From NCBI RefSeq assembly GCF_000143415.4, contig NW_003314264.1, positions 3,357,710-3,421,709 of the forward strand: a stretch of 64,000 nucleotides of DNA, read 5' to 3'. Made by a program: the position numbers and the translations under genes. Below the pieces are notes generated by a model. It saw only the letters and a list, made by a program, of their open reading frames with translations, was not told the DNA's origin and ran no database searches. Shown here in pieces: positions 47,030-60,963 of this stretch. Origin of the DNA: Selaginella moellendorffii. Taxonomy: Eukaryota; Plantae; Lycopodiophyta. Position 1 is the first letter of the stretch; every line of letters starts with the position of its first letter.

Positions 47030-49240
47030 ATGGAGCCGAAAGGGTGCCACATGGTAGTGGCCGAAGCGAAAGCCAAACAAGAGTAACACGTTTGGACTAA
47101 AAACTTTGATTTGAAAAGTTGAAAGTGGGAATGGAACTCTTAACGAAATGCTTAAGGAATGAGCATGAAGTAAATAATAAGTGAGTCTTTAGAAAAGGGA
47201 CACAAAAAGACCAACACATAACACGTGGAAGTGTCGAGATGAAGTTTGAGATGGACTTAAGATGGAGTCCGAAATAGAGTTCAAGATGGACTTAAGATAG
47301 AGTCCGAGATGGACATGAGATGGAGTCTGAGATGGACATAAGATGGAGTCTGAGATGGACATAAGATAGAATAAAGTCTAAAATGGAGTCAAGATGAAGT
47401 TCGAGATGGAGTCCAAAATGGAATTGAGACTAAGACTGAGACTGAGTCCGAATTTGAATACTAATACAAACTATTGGGTGATAGTCCAAAACAATCAGGA
47501 GGGAGGGTCAAAAGTATAATAAAGACAATGTGGGGGTTGGACTCTAGTGGAATTATTTTGGGCAAGAAAGGCCAGTATAGCCTAGAAAGGCTATACCCAT
47601 ATATTAGGTGATGATATAACCACTAGAAAGTCCCCACATATTAAGTGATGATATAACCACTAGAAAGTCCAAGGCTAAAGTGAATATGGATAAACAAGTG
47701 AGGTAGTTTAGTGAAGTGTTCAAGAGCCAGATTTATCTCCCCCAGGAGATCGAATGGTTGATATTCTCAATTTAAGTGTGGTTGATATTCCTAATGTAGC
47801 TTATTGGAACTTTGCTCTAGCTACCTGTAAGATCCTTGAATTTATTGGAACTTTGCTCTAGCCATCTGTAAGATCCTTGAATTTGGATTTCCCAAGAGGT
47901 CACCCACCCAGTATTATTCAAACCCAAGGACGCTTAACTCCAAATATCCCAAAACCCTTAACTGATTGGAAAAAGGGGTGCACTCTTGTTCATGGGCTCT
48001 TTCCTTTTATATTTGAACCCCATAGATCATCTCTTAAGTCGTTCTTTTTGGTTGCTTACAATCCACCATGCTCTCTTGACACCCTACCCCTCGGGTCGAA
48101 CCCACCCTCGGGTCGAGCCCAGTGGGAGTAAATTGGACCAGCCAGATGTCAATTAACATATGGTGTGATTCCCTAGCCAACCAACAGAGTTAGACTTGAG
48201 ACCGCTTTGATACCAACTGTAAGATCCTTGAATTTGGACTTCCCGGGAGGTCATCTAACCCAGTACTATTCAAACCCAAGGACATTTAACTCCAAATATC
48301 CCAAGACCCTTAACCGATTGGAAAAAGGAGTGCACTTTTGTTCATTGGCCCTTTCCCTCTATATTTGAACCCCATGGATCATTTCTCAAGTCGTTCTCTT
48401 TGGTTGTTTACACCACCTAGCTAGGGCACCCAAATGTGGATGGTGAGAAGAGTACTCATGAGGCTCGTGTAGGGCTATAATGTTTTGAAATGTCGTCCTA
48501 AAGTCCTAGATTGTGGAAAGGAAGAGGAGCAATCCACTTATGTAGTGACTAAAGATGCAGTTATATAGCAAGGAAATCCTGGAGGTCATTAGGATATAAT
48601 GGTCGGGCCTGTGGGCCTTGACTTAGTGGCAATGTTGATGAACACAGCTGTGGATAAAAAAGGATTTGGTGGGGATTGAAAAAGGGATATTAAGGAAGGT
48701 TATTCCCCATATCTGCAGGCATTCTAAGGATGTTAAGGAGTAAATCTGGGATGATCACTCATGGATGGATAACAAAGTCTTTAAAAGATGGGATTGTGAT
48801 GCAAGTAATGTTGGACTATCAGTATGACAAAGGTGAATGAGCATGGCTTTAACATAACAAGCTAATATGTCAATGGTACCTTTGGGTGTCAGTCATAAGA
48901 TTGAACATGTGGAGCACTTGGACCAAGTGCAAAGGTTGAGTAGCATAAATGTCATTTTCGAGGCTAGCAAGTCCTTAAGTCCAGAATAAGATTTATGAAG
49001 GTTGAGGGTGAAATTCTTATATGTGGTCGAAATTGTGGTCAAATGACTAAAGTATAATGGAAAAATTAATCATTTACAAAAGTGAGTTACAACTTTTACC
49101 TTCCATTTGCAAGGATGTTCACAACAATTTCCATTGACAAGGGTATGAATTTACAAGAAAGTGAGTTATAATTTTTCCCTTCCATATGCGAAAGTGTTTA
49201 TGAGGGTGTGGACTTATAGTGAAGTGTGGCAAATTGTAAA
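47030..49240 (+). mobile_element. Degraded LTR-retrotransposon sequence related to 22245-24900
   Basis: 12-bp GAGATGGAGTCC-type array (47235-47460) ending in GAATACTAATACAA; 48895-49070 is similar to 22249-22430. Confidence 0.6.
47867..48412 (-). mobile_element. Complete Cassandra-like TRIM with 5S rRNA-derived LTRs
   Basis: Two ~195-bp TG..CA LTRs (47867-48060, 48218-48412); Met-tRNA-type PBS TGGTATCAAAGC (rc 48204-48215); ~157-bp non-coding interior; near-identical 5-bp TSD CCATC/CCACC; LTRs carry 5S A-box/C-box-like sequence. Confidence 0.9.
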
Positions 49241-50426
49241 CACCCACCCATAACTACTAATCCTCAGTTCTAACTAATTTAGGGTTGGGACCTAAGGCAA
49301 AAAATTCTTTCAAGACTAAGTCTTTTTCCTCATTCTCCTTATTTAAACGTGTTTTAGGATTTGATCACGTGATATGTATTCTCCTTATTTAGACATGTTT
49401 TAGGCTTTGACCACATGGTATATATTAGTATTTAGACTTACACTTGAGAGTATAAGAGAGCAAATTCATCATAGCTGAGGTACTTTGGAATAGGCAAGAT
49501 CAAAATATAATTAATGAACTCCCATTTGGTTAAGAATGATTATAACTCTTTTTTAATTAAATCTATTAATTGAATCACCTATTTATTTGTAGAAATTGGA
49601 TAGATCCCTAAGGCAACAGCCAACCACAATACTTTTGATTGTTCATCCACAATATAATCCTCAATTGAGATATAAGGTAGGTGAGAGATAAAACTAGTTA
49701 TTTCCATACAATGTTTAGCTTTTCTTTTTGCAAACAATGTGTCCTAAACAATGATCTTTCTATCATCGAAATCAAACAAAAGATTCTACTGCCAATTGCA
49801 TGCTTTGATAAATAGTGTGTGAATAAACCATGCTTACATATAAGCCACTTCAATATAATACCAGATTGATTATTGGCCTAGGAAATGCCACCTAATGTTC
49901 TTTAAAAAAGTTACTTTAAAACTATGAAGAATCTTCTCCCTCTTTATATTTATAATTTTACTTTTTGAATGCCATACCATGTACCATGCGCCAACACTTA
50001 TGCCCCCCACCCACCCCTCACCCCCATACTCAAACAGGGGATTTGTCGCCCAGGCACCACACATTGCATCGCCAGGCATTTGGATTGTAATGGCAAAACA
50101 ATGCAGGGTTTCACATTATAGTACACAAACCAGGCACGAACAGTGGAAGCTATTGTGCTGGCGAGAGACATTTCTCTAGTGCAATTACGGAGAAAGGCAA
50201 AACCCTTGTGCCGAGATCTCTTTGTAGATCACTCGGCCTTCTGACGCAATGAACAATCATCAATTCCCTGTTCTATCGTGGAGCATTATCTCGCCGAACT
50301 TACCGTCTAGACAAGAGGGTGCCTGTTTCACGCAAGTATAATCAGTAGAGACTGCTGTTTGAGAGAAATTACGTCATTTTCTCGTTACCTCAGATTCATC
50401 AATCATCCGGCTCTAAACTACAGTTT

Positions 50427-51135
50427 TCATCTGTTGAGCTCAGCGGGTAGCGGTCGGTTGAATCCTCCTGCAAGCAAGGAGCGGCGATAAATTCACAGGA
50501 AATCGAGAAACCATAAATAAAAATAAAAAAACAATGCCCACCTCTTCTGTTCATGTACTGCCGCGGCTGGCGCTTGGAAGCCAGCTTCACCGCACTCTGG
50601 TTTGCATCAGGCACGCATTTTCCCTGCAAGGAAGAAAACAAAAGAAAAGTTTTAGACCTCGACCAGACAGAATAAATGAACCAACCTTGGTGGAGTCGAA
50701 GTTGAGAGGAATGCCAAAGCTCTTCATCATGTCTTCTTCGTCCGCTAGAGGCTCCAAAGCCACGGGCTGTGGTGGCTGCTCCTGCGGCTTCTCTGTGGCG
50801 CTGGGCTTCACCTGTGCCTCTTTCTTTCGTTTTCCATCGTGCTTTTCGGGTGTCACGGACTTGGACCGTGCCCTCTTCCTGTAATCCCTGTGATTCCTGT
50901 CAACGGGCTCCCTATCCCGGCGATCCCTGTCCCAGTCCCGATTATCTCTGTCGCGCTCGCGATAATCCTTGTCACGCTCGCGATCGCGCTCGCGTTCGCG
51001 GCCTCGGTCTCGATCTCTTTCGCGCTCCCTGGCATTTCTGTAGCTGTGACCGCCGCCGCTCTTGTTATCCTTCTCTTTACTATGGTGATACTCACCGTCG
51101 CGGGGGTGCCGCTTCCTCTCTTCCCGCTCCCCCAT
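50427..51135 (-). CDS. U4/U6.U5 tri-snRNP 27 kDa protein-like, spliced
   Basis: RD/RE-rich N-terminus; MMKSFGIPLNFDSTK|GK.V..RQPRQYMNRRG|GFNRPLP. Confidence 0.9.
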
Positions 51136-51433
51136 CTCCTCCAAGCCCTAAACCCTAACCTGGTAATGAGAGATCTGACCGTTAAATTCTAACGGATTAA
51201 GCTGTAAAACCAATGTTTATTTATAATCGCCTCTCTCGTGGTAAACAATTTCTTTTCTTTCCCACTCGAGCTGCTAAGAATGAATGTACAAATCTGCATG
51301 CCACAAGAAATGTTGGAAGAGCTGAGAAATCTCCAAGAAAAAAAAGAATTCCTCCAAGAGTAGGAAAAAATAAAGCTTTCACCTACAAACTCGTGCTCTG
51401 CTGCAAAAACTCTTCTCGCGCTCTCTCCGGTGG

Positions 51434-54400
51434 TCACAACAAGAGAAGATCTTTCGTGTCCTCCGAGTTGAGCCTGGATGCTAGAACGTTCGACCTTTGG
51501 AGCCGGAACTTTGGCTCCCGGTCTTGACTTCCCTGCCCGACTGAAGGACTAGAAACAGCAACTTGGTACCTCTTGCACGAGCTCGAGAGTGATCCTTTGT
51601 AGGAGAAGGCCAAGTTCACAGCTTTGCCGCGGTTGTCCAGGCCAACCGCCGGGCCTCCACCTTCCATGAAATCGTCCGGCAAAACGTTCATAAACTTGAG
51701 ATTGATTTCCATGCTTCCTTTCGGTGGTATCATCCCTGAAGCGGGCGTAACCTGGAAGAACAGAAAAGCTTTCATAAACACACTCGGAGAAGTGTGTTAC
51801 CTGTAACCAAGGTGGGAGCCCGAATCCAGCTCTAACCGTTACTCGAGCCGCTGCGCTTACAGTGGCTTCTGCTGGATCGCCTTCGCAGCGCAGCTCAAAG
51901 ACTACGCACTGCCTGCTGCTCTCGTTGATTGCTTTGAGAATAGAAGGCACGCCGTCCTCGAGGATGATCTTGTTAGTGCTGACAACCGTCTCCGGTACAG
52001 AGTTGAGCTGATCCATCCACTTCTGGACGTGAGGATTGTTCAACATTAGCTCGCAAAATGCTCTCCTCCTTGCTGCTTCGTTGATCACAGCAATGTCAAC
52101 GTTAAGTAGACACCTCACAGGTTTGTGGTCACTGTCTAGTGCATCCATACACGAGTCGTAGCTGCGGCCACATCCAACAATGAGTATAAAAACCATATGG
52201 AAAGATGAGACGGAGAGACACTAGCTTACGATATTACTGATGCTGACACTGGGTGCGAAAGATTAAATTTCTTCTTGGCTTCTGTCCCATCGTAGCTATC
52301 TCTAAAAATTACACGATCACACCAAGCTGGTATCCGTTTCTTCTCACTTGAATCATAGCCTGGAGCGGAACAAAGACATCAACCTAAAGTCACCAATAGA
52401 ACGAGGCTTACCGAGAGGGTTACTGTATCCCTTGTCAAACTTGTAAGTTGGCTGGAATCGTAGGGGGCCCTCTCGCATTCCCTGGAAAACTCTTCCACCG
52501 GTCATCTCTATACGTAGTTGATCCTTTGGAAGTAAAACTTCCCATTGTCTGGACGATATCAAGTCTATTGCGTCTTCATACGCAAGATCATCTATCCTGT
52601 AGTTGAAGTCTCCAACCCAAACAATCATGTCCGCATCCGCTAGATCGGGCATCACTGCTTCTATGACGGTTTCCGACTCCTGGAAGCCACACAGCTTTCA
52701 GTTTCCATCTTTAAACCAAAAACAAATCACGAATCCTTACCACTACCTCCTTTCCCACTTCCTGTCCGTCAGGAGACGCAGTTTTACGCACGGTTGCCCC
52801 ACGGAATGCTGTAGAGAGCGCATTTGGATTGACACAATTGCTCCACAATGTTAGCTAGATCCCAAGATGAGGACCTATTGGATTCAGTCAAACAGAACTC
52901 CAATAAGGTTTAGGTAAGACATGCAAGCAGCTCGGTAAAATTATAAACGACTTAAGCAAGTACCTGATCCACCGGAAGAACGACCAAATTTCATCTGATG
53001 GTAAATGTGCTCAAAATCCGCGTTTCGTCGACCAACGGCATCCATGTGTGCAGCCAAGTGACTGCTTAAAAAACAAAAAGTTCTTCTGTAAAGGAGGATT
53101 TTAACTCCTACTCCTCCCTAAACAAGACAAGCGTTTGAGAAAAATGCCACAAAAGTTGAAACACTCACTTTGTTACCAAGAGCACGGCCAAACCCACAGG
53201 GAACAGCTGCAGCATCGATCTCTCCAACAAAAGGAATAAGTTCGTTTCGGACCCTGCCCAAGAAAAATGAAAAGAAAAAAGTTCAGAACAGAACACAAGA
53301 TAGCACTTGGCGGACTTAGTCATTTACCAGACACCAATAAGAATCCCAGCAAGTTGACGCGAACCAACACGAACAAAGTCCTGGTTCTCACCCAGAGCTG
53401 CACCGAGATTATCCAGCCACCATTGTCCATTCGCACTGCTCTTCTCTTGCAATCCTACCTGTAAAGAAACCATGTCGACGCAAATCAACAAGTTTTCTCA
53501 TACCGTTTCTTTTGCTGCTGCCATGGCAATAGCTCCGGCACTCATCTCGGTCTCCTGCAGTCCTACAAACACAACGCCAGCGTGTGTCGCAGATGCTAGC
53601 CACATCTGCATGGATTTCAAGCTCGCCTTCTCCTCTGCTACATTCCAAGTTCCTGCTAGAATTTTAAAAGTTCTTTCTTGCGTGTATGTTTCTGCCTTGG
53701 ACTGCATCTCGATCTGAAGTATCCCATCAATTGGACAAGGCGATCCGATATTCCAACCGCGAATGCCACCGTGAAGAGCCATTGTGAACACGAAACTCCC
53801 ACACTTTTCCATATGGACAATAGCGGCACTGTGAGCTATCCACACCCCGAGGACCTTGCCTGTATCTGCAAGCACTTGAATTCGACCGTCCGCATAGCCC
53901 ACCCAGATTCTAGTGCCCACCGCACACAAGCTGCGAACGGGAACCGGTATGAAGATGGTTGCCTGTAACCTGTTGCCCAGTCCATCCCATTGAATGATCA
54001 TTCCACTTGGATATCCTCCCCATACTGTTCCATCAACTGCGGCCACCAATGCGTCCACCTTCTTACTATCGTCGCCACCTTGACCACCGCTGGCAGCCCG
54101 TCGAACAGCATCAGCAGCTCCAATAACGCGCTGGAAAAAGCTTAACGTACCAGCTTTTTCTTTCTTTGATGCTTTCGACATCGAGGACCTGACATCATCG
54201 TCCCACATACTGTCCCGAACAGGAGAAATATCTGGGCTGGAGAATTCGGACTGAACACTCGGCCCAAAAACTTTTAACACGTCCCTTGTTCTCGCATCCC
54301 TGCCAGAGAATCTACTCATTAGTCAAAAACCAATAAAAAGTTTCCACAACTTTTTACCATATCGCAAGAGCGAGCGGTCCGCCGCTCCAAACTCTCCCAT

Positions 54401-55817
54401 TCGCGTGCTCCGACAGCAGAAAGTAAACATCCGTATTGGCAAGGCTGGTCGCACCAGCAGCAGTTCCACGGGCTCTGAGGTCCACATAGGAGCGTGCCAT
54501 CAGTGACGCCGCAGACATAGTTTCTTCTTCTGCCCGGCAAAGAGCATGAGACGTTGTCTCCCATGGCCAAGCTCTGATAGCACCACCGTCAGAGCCAGTC
54601 CATAACTCCCCTGACAAGCAAACACAAACTTAGCTCAAGCACAGCTCGTGCACACAAAAATAAGCTCCCTTACCATACGTGGTGATGACCATGGACAACA
54701 CCGGAGAGCGGTGAGCAATCCAGCACAAGCTCGGCTCCGTTCTTCGCTTGGACCTCACAAGTTCCTCGGTGCTCCAAGCCCTGACTTTGCCATCCCTGTG
54801 TCCACTCCACACAAGCTTGTTGGCAGCGTCAGCGACGAGGCATAGAGTCATGCCTTCCACACCCATATACGTGAAAGCCGCGGCATCGATATCGTCGGGA
54901 GGATTTCCATCGCCACCACTTCCGTGAGACATGGCATTCGCGACGTCCCAGACTTTGAGAGCGCCATCGCATGCCAGCCACACCGAAGAGCCCGTGCAAG
55001 TGAGAGCTCTGGCTGGCTGGTTGGTTCTCATGGGCGATGGTCTTAGATCGAAGGGGACGGGCCTGTCCGGATCCACGGGGCCTCGCAGAGGAGGCTTGTA
55101 AACACCTTTGCCACCACCGGCGATGAATTCGCTCGAGCGCTTCACGACTGTGGCTGGCGGCGATGCCTGTGGACTTAGCTTGTTGAGACTCCCGCGCAAG
55201 GGGATCACTCCCTCGGAAGCTGACGGCCCATGCAAAGCTCCGGCGTGGGCCTTTGGTGGCGATGACGATGGAACGGCGGGCTTGAGCTCTGGAGTGCTTT
55301 GGGAATGTCGGACGTTCTTGGTGGAAGGAGCTTTACTACTGCTGCTGTTGGCAACGGTCTTGTTTGCTGGCGACGATGAGACGGAAGGAGGCGAGTAGCG
55401 ATCGTTGGTGTTCCTGGCGACGAACGGGCCATCCGAGGGGCTGTCGAATGGATTGGAGGAATTGGAGGAGTTGGATGAGGCTGGGAAGAGAGGAGGGACT
55501 CCCGGGATCGTTGTTGGAGGCGTCACTGGAAAATCGCCAGTAAGAAGGTCCGGCTGGGGAGAAGGCGTTTGCTGCTGCTGCGTGAACTTGCGATGCTGCT
55601 GGGATGGTTTGTAGGGCGTGGAGAAGGAATCCGATGAGCGGAAGTCCGTGCCGCCATTGCTTGCTGCCGCTCCTCCTCCCGCCCACCCGAAAGGATCCGA
55701 CATCGACGAACTGGTCGCTGGATCATTGTCATCGCCGAAATCAATCAATGAGGGTAGAGCGCGCTGCCGCTGCTGCTGTTGCTGCTGCTGCTGCTCGCGC
55801 CGGCTGGGCGACGCCAT
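51434..55817 (-). CDS. Type II inositol polyphosphate 5-phosphatase with WD40-like N-terminal region (FRA3/5PTase12-13-like), multi-exon
   Basis: [50 protein letters not shown]. Confidence 0.95.
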
Positions 55818-56743
55818 AGGCACTGCCGCTCATGAAGAAAAATGCAAGCGCTGGCACTGACCTAGACGATCCCGCGGCAATCGATCCTGGAAACCCTGAT
55901 CCAACCTAAATCCACACCGATCGATATGCTCCAGATCCTCTCCCAGCGTTAGCGACTTTCTCTGCGATTCTTGCGCTCCGCGCGAGCGATTGGAGCGTTG
56001 GAATCTGGGCCTCCGTCGTCTCTCCCACGAAGAACAGCCACGATCCAGGGGTCGTGCCGGAATCCCTCCCCCCTCTCGTGTGAACGTGTGTTTTAAGCCC
56101 AAGAGGATATCCCCTGGCACAAATCCCGCCCATATCCTGGCCGTCCATCGCCGCCCTCCGCCGGCCGCCACGTGTCCGCCCGCCTCTAGATCTAGATCTG
56201 CCGGTTTTTCTTCCAGCTCCAGCGACTATATATGTTGATCGAGAGTCTCTTATAATTTGAAACACGATTTCGGCGCGAGAATAGAATTTCTCCCGCGGAG
56301 CTCGCTGACAAAAGAATCCACCACGCAACGCGATTGAACCTCCCTCTGAAAGGAAAGTTTACACGCAATGTCCGGATCGTACCGCCGACCAAGTGATCGA
56401 CCGATTGATCGCGAATTTCTTTTGATCGTTGTCACGGAGCTGTTCTCTCTTGTCCAAGAAAAAAAGAGCCCTAGCTATGAAATCTTGGCCTTTGTGTGTG
56501 GTGATCCAGATCTCACGGGGTTCCAAACACTTGTCGCGCGGCCACTCCAGCCACATTTTCTTTGACAATGGGAAGATTGGAATCCCACATATCTATCGAG
56601 ATACCTATGATTGCGGGGGACGCGAATGATGTGTTGGCCCCGCCCAATCCATCACTGTCGTTAGTTCGTCCCTACCAATGGACGAGAACAGGGTTTAGGG
56701 TTTATCCCAAGCCCTATCCTGGAGCCCTCCTCCTCCTAGGGCC

Positions 56744-59700
56744 ATGGCCGCGCTTCTGGCCGACGGCATTGCCGCGGCGCGCGTCCTCTCGAGCTGCCTG
56801 GATCGCGGCGCCAGGGATCAGAATGTCGCATCGGCGCGATTTGTTTGCAGGAGCGTCAAGAGTCCGCATTTGCTTCACCGGTAGGCGCTGCTTGTGATCG
56901 CACTGGCTGATTTTCTGTGGCAGATCGAAGCACCAGCAAGGATTGAAGCGAGCTGCTAGCATTCATGCCACTGCTTCTACTACAGGTACTCTTTGTAGTT
57001 TTTAGATGACGCCCGCATGAAAGGATGTGTTCTAGGTTTGATCGCGCCCGAGGAGAGCAAGACGGTGCATAGCTTGCCGCAAGGGGAATCGTGGTCCGTG
57101 CACAAATTTGGTGGGACGTGCGTGGGAACTTGCGAGAGGATACAAAATGTGGCTGACATCGTCGTCGCCGATCCATCGCAACGCAAAGTCGTGGTTGTCT
57201 CGGCGATGTCCAAGGTCACGGACGTGCTCTATCATCTTGTGGAGGCTGCGGGCTCTCGGAAAGAATCCTACATTGAGTCGCTCAATCTTCTCCTACAAAA
57301 GCACAAGGAAACTGCGAGAGCGCTGCTAGTTGAAGGAGCGGACCTGGAGAAGTTTCTAGCCAAGCTTGAAGACGACATTCGGAACCTTCAAGCCATGCTT
57401 CGTGCTATATACATTGGTCCGGTTTGTGATCCCTGTGCGTGAATTTTTCCTTCTGACGTGTGTTGTGTGCTTTGGCAGCTGGACATGCTACGGAGTCTTT
57501 CACAGATTTTGTTGTCGGACATGGTGAACTATGGTCTGCTCAAATGCTCTGTGCTGCTGTGAATAAGGTACACTTGATTGTGGAGATCACCTCATCTGTT
57601 TATCTTTTAACAGAGGGGTCTCTCTGCTGCATGGATGGATGCAAGAGAAGTGCTTGTTGTTACTCCAACCAGTACAAACCAAGTCGATCCCGATTTTGCA
57701 TCGTCCGAGACGAGGCTATTCGATTGGTATGCACGCAATCCAGCTGACACCATTATAGTGACAGGCTTCATAGCTAACACACCCGACAACGTCCCAACCA
57801 CGTTGAAACGAGATGGGAGCGATTTTTCTGCCGCCATAATGGGGTCTTTATTCCGTGCGGCCAACGTGACGATTTGGACTGATGTAGATGGGGTTTACAG
57901 TGCTGATCCACGAAAAGGTATGGCTAAGACTTTGACGAAAAGAGAAATGGTGTCTTAAAGGCTGAAGATGTCTCCAGTAAGCGAAGCCGTTGTGCTGAGC
58001 ACCCTGTCTTACCAAGAAGCTTGGGAGATGGTAAGAGCAATCTCCTTTTTGTTGAAGCTCTGACAACACGGTGTTCGCAGTCCTACTTCGGAGCAAACGT
58101 GTTACACCCACGAACAACTTTACCTGTGATGAAGTATAACATTCCGATTACAATACGGAATGTCTTCAATCTCTCTGCTTCTGGGACGAAGATATGTCGC
58201 ACTACTTATGAAAGCACCGATGACGAATTTCGGGCAGCAGATTCAGTGGTCAAAGGTTTTGCAACAGTCGATAACTTGGCACTGGTGAATGTGGAAGGGT
58301 AAGAAGCTTTATTAATACCTGCTGGCTACTAGACGTGTGCTTTTGCTTTCAGCACTGGAATGGCTGGTGTGCCCGGAACCGCGAGTGCCATATTTGAAGC
58401 GGTCAAGGAGGTTGGCGCAAACGTTGTTATGATCTCTCAGGTTAGCATTTGACTTGTTGGACCTTGTGGTGATACTTCCGTATGACAGGGCAGTAGCGAA
58501 CATTCCGTCTGCTTTGCGGTTCCAGAAAAAGAAGTGAAGGCAGTGTCTAAAGCTCTCGAGAAAAAGTTCAAAAGGGCCTTGGACGCCGGAAGACTGTCTA
58601 AGGTATCTCCTCGTGTTTGACTCTTTCTTTTCTAATTTAATTTTGTTACGTGCTTTCAGATAGAGATCGTGCCGAATTGTAGCATTTTGGCGGCAGTTGG
58701 ACAGAAAATGGCTAGCACTCCTGGAGTCAGTGCGACATTATTTGACGCCCTTGCGAAAGTAAGAATCTTGAGTTCTTGCTGTCATGTTCCAACCTGTCGA
58801 CGCAGGCAAATATTAACGTTCGGGCCATCGCTCAAGGTTGTTCGGAATATAATATTACAGTGGTGGTGAATCAAGACAACTCTGCGAAAGCTCTTAAGGC
58901 GGCACACTCTCGCTTTTATCTTTCGAGGACTCCTTTGGCCGTGGGCATTGTCGGCCCGGGCCTTATTGGAGGAACACTTCTTGACCAATTGAAGGATCAG
59001 GTATGAGTGAATTTCTTTTGAACTTTCGAACTGCTTTTAATATATTTTATTTTCAGGCAGGACCCCTGAAGGAGGATTTTAATATCGATTTGCGGGTGCT
59101 AGGTGTTATTGGATCGAAGAAAATGGCCCTTAGTCATTCGTAAGTGCATGGAAAACTTCTGCTGTGTATGAGCTTCCAAATTCTTCTAGGGGCTTGAACC
59201 TTTCAAATTGGAGATCTACTTTGAAAGAGGAAGGTGAAGAAGCAGATCTCGAAAAGTTTACAGCACATTTATGTTGCAGTCATCCGATCCCCAATATCGT
59301 CGTTGTAGACTGCACAGCAAGTTCTGATGTACCAAATTGGTACTATCCATGGATGCGAAAAGGCATGCATATAGTTACGCCAAACAAGAAGGCTAACTCA
59401 GGCTCTCTCGACAAGGTAATCGTCAGTATTTTTTCTGCTCTAATGACCGAGCGTTCATTTTACAGTACTTGCGTTTGAAGGAGCTTCAGAGAAAATCGTA
59501 CACGCACTATTTTTACGAAGGGACTGTCGGGGCAGGACTGCCAATCCTAAGCACACTGCAGGGGCTACTTGAAACTGGCGATAAAATCCACACAGTCGAA
59601 GGAATTTTCAGGTGAGGATTTATTATGCGTGACAGCGTATCTTGTTAACGATTCTAAAACGCAGTGGCACATTGAGCTATATATTCAACAACTTCCATGG

Positions 59701-60391
59701 TCAAAAGACATTCAGTGAAATTGTCAAGGAGGCAAAGGCTGCGGGCTACACAGAGCCTGATCCCCGTGACGATCTCTCTGGGATGGATGTTGCAAGAAAG
59801 GTAAGTTGTCCCTTTGATTGATAGAGATCATAAAAGTTTTTCGCCTGTTCAGGTTATTATTCTAGCTCGGGAATGTGGCTTGAAGCTGGAGTTGGATGAT
59901 ATATGCCTGGAAAACCTCGTTCCAGAGCCTCTGCGAGTAAGTTAACTCGGTGCCTTTCCTCAACACACATGATCGGCATCTTTTTTCCAGGGATGTGAAA
60001 ATGTGGATGAGTTTATGGACAAGCTTCCCGAGTACGATCAGGCGATTGCAGCTAGGAGAGAGCAAGCTGAAGAATCAGACGAGGTTTTCCATTCTCTGCT
60101 TTGTTTCCAGACTAAAACCGGTCGTTTTTTCTTCTATCACACCAGGTGCTGTGTTACGTGGGTGTAGTCGACGTACTCGCGAGCCAAGGCCGAGTTGAGC
60201 TGCGGAGATATCCAAAGTCACACGCATTCGCGCAGCTCTCCGGGAGCGACAACATAATCGCCTTCACGACTGCGAGATACAAAAAGCAGCCATTGATCGT
60301 GAGAGGACCCGGAGCTGGGGCCGAAGTCACAGCTGCGGGCGTTTTTAGCGACATTCTCAGGCTCGCATCCTACTTGGGAGCACCTTCCTAG
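56744..60391 (+). CDS. AK-HSDH: Bifunctional aspartokinase / homoserine dehydrogenase, chloroplastic, multi-exon
   Basis: Transit-peptide-like start; WSVHKFGGTCVG, TLKRDGSDFSAA, SYFGANVLHP, GPGLIG, VTPNKKANSG, GPGAGAEVTAAGVFSDILRL. Confidence 0.96.
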
Positions 60392-60494
60392 ACAATCTCG
60401 AGCACCAAAAGCTAGAGAAAGAAGAACAACGAGGTATGACATTTTGAGAAGAAAGATCTATGTTTTATTGATCTCTGGCTTTCTACGTTTCCTT

Positions 60495-60836
60495 TCAGCT
60501 AGAAGAACCTGTGAAGCTCATTCCATAAGTCGTTCCAGCCATCAATAAAACAGTGGTCATTTGCGAGACGACGCGAGCTCTCATCCAGTACTGGCTGTGC
60601 TTGACGTTGCCCTTTTTGAAGCTCCACAGGCCACTCGCGAGAATTGCCGCTGTAGCGAAGCACCCTGTTCTTCGTGAAATTAGAAATGTCCGCCCCAGAG
60701 GATGGCGCAAATGCGCGAAGAGATGGAGCGTACCTATGGGTACCAAAATGCTGCGCGGCCTTTTGTTCGCAAACAAATCTTGCGTCGCGTCCGAGTCGGT
60801 CCAATCGCTCTCGTTCTTGTTCACAACCTCCCCCAT
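60495..60836 (-). CDS. HIG1 (hypoxia-induced) domain protein, spliced
   Basis: LVPIG|..ATAAILASGLWSFKKGN..SQYWMRARVVSQ. Confidence 0.85.
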   Translation of the reverse strand: MGEVVNKNESDWTDSDATQDLFANKRPRSILVPIGTLHLFAHLRHPLGRTFLISRRTGCFATAAILASGLWSFKKGNVKHSQYWMRARVVSQMTTVLLMAGTTYGMSFTGSSS

Positions 60837-60963
60837 CCCGAAAAACCCTAAAACTCGACGAAGTAGAGAATATTCTTTAGCGCTGCCACGTGTTGGTGAA
60901 AGCTGTCCACGTGTCACAATGAATCTCCTCCACGTGTCACCAATTTCAAGAGTTTAGGGTTCT

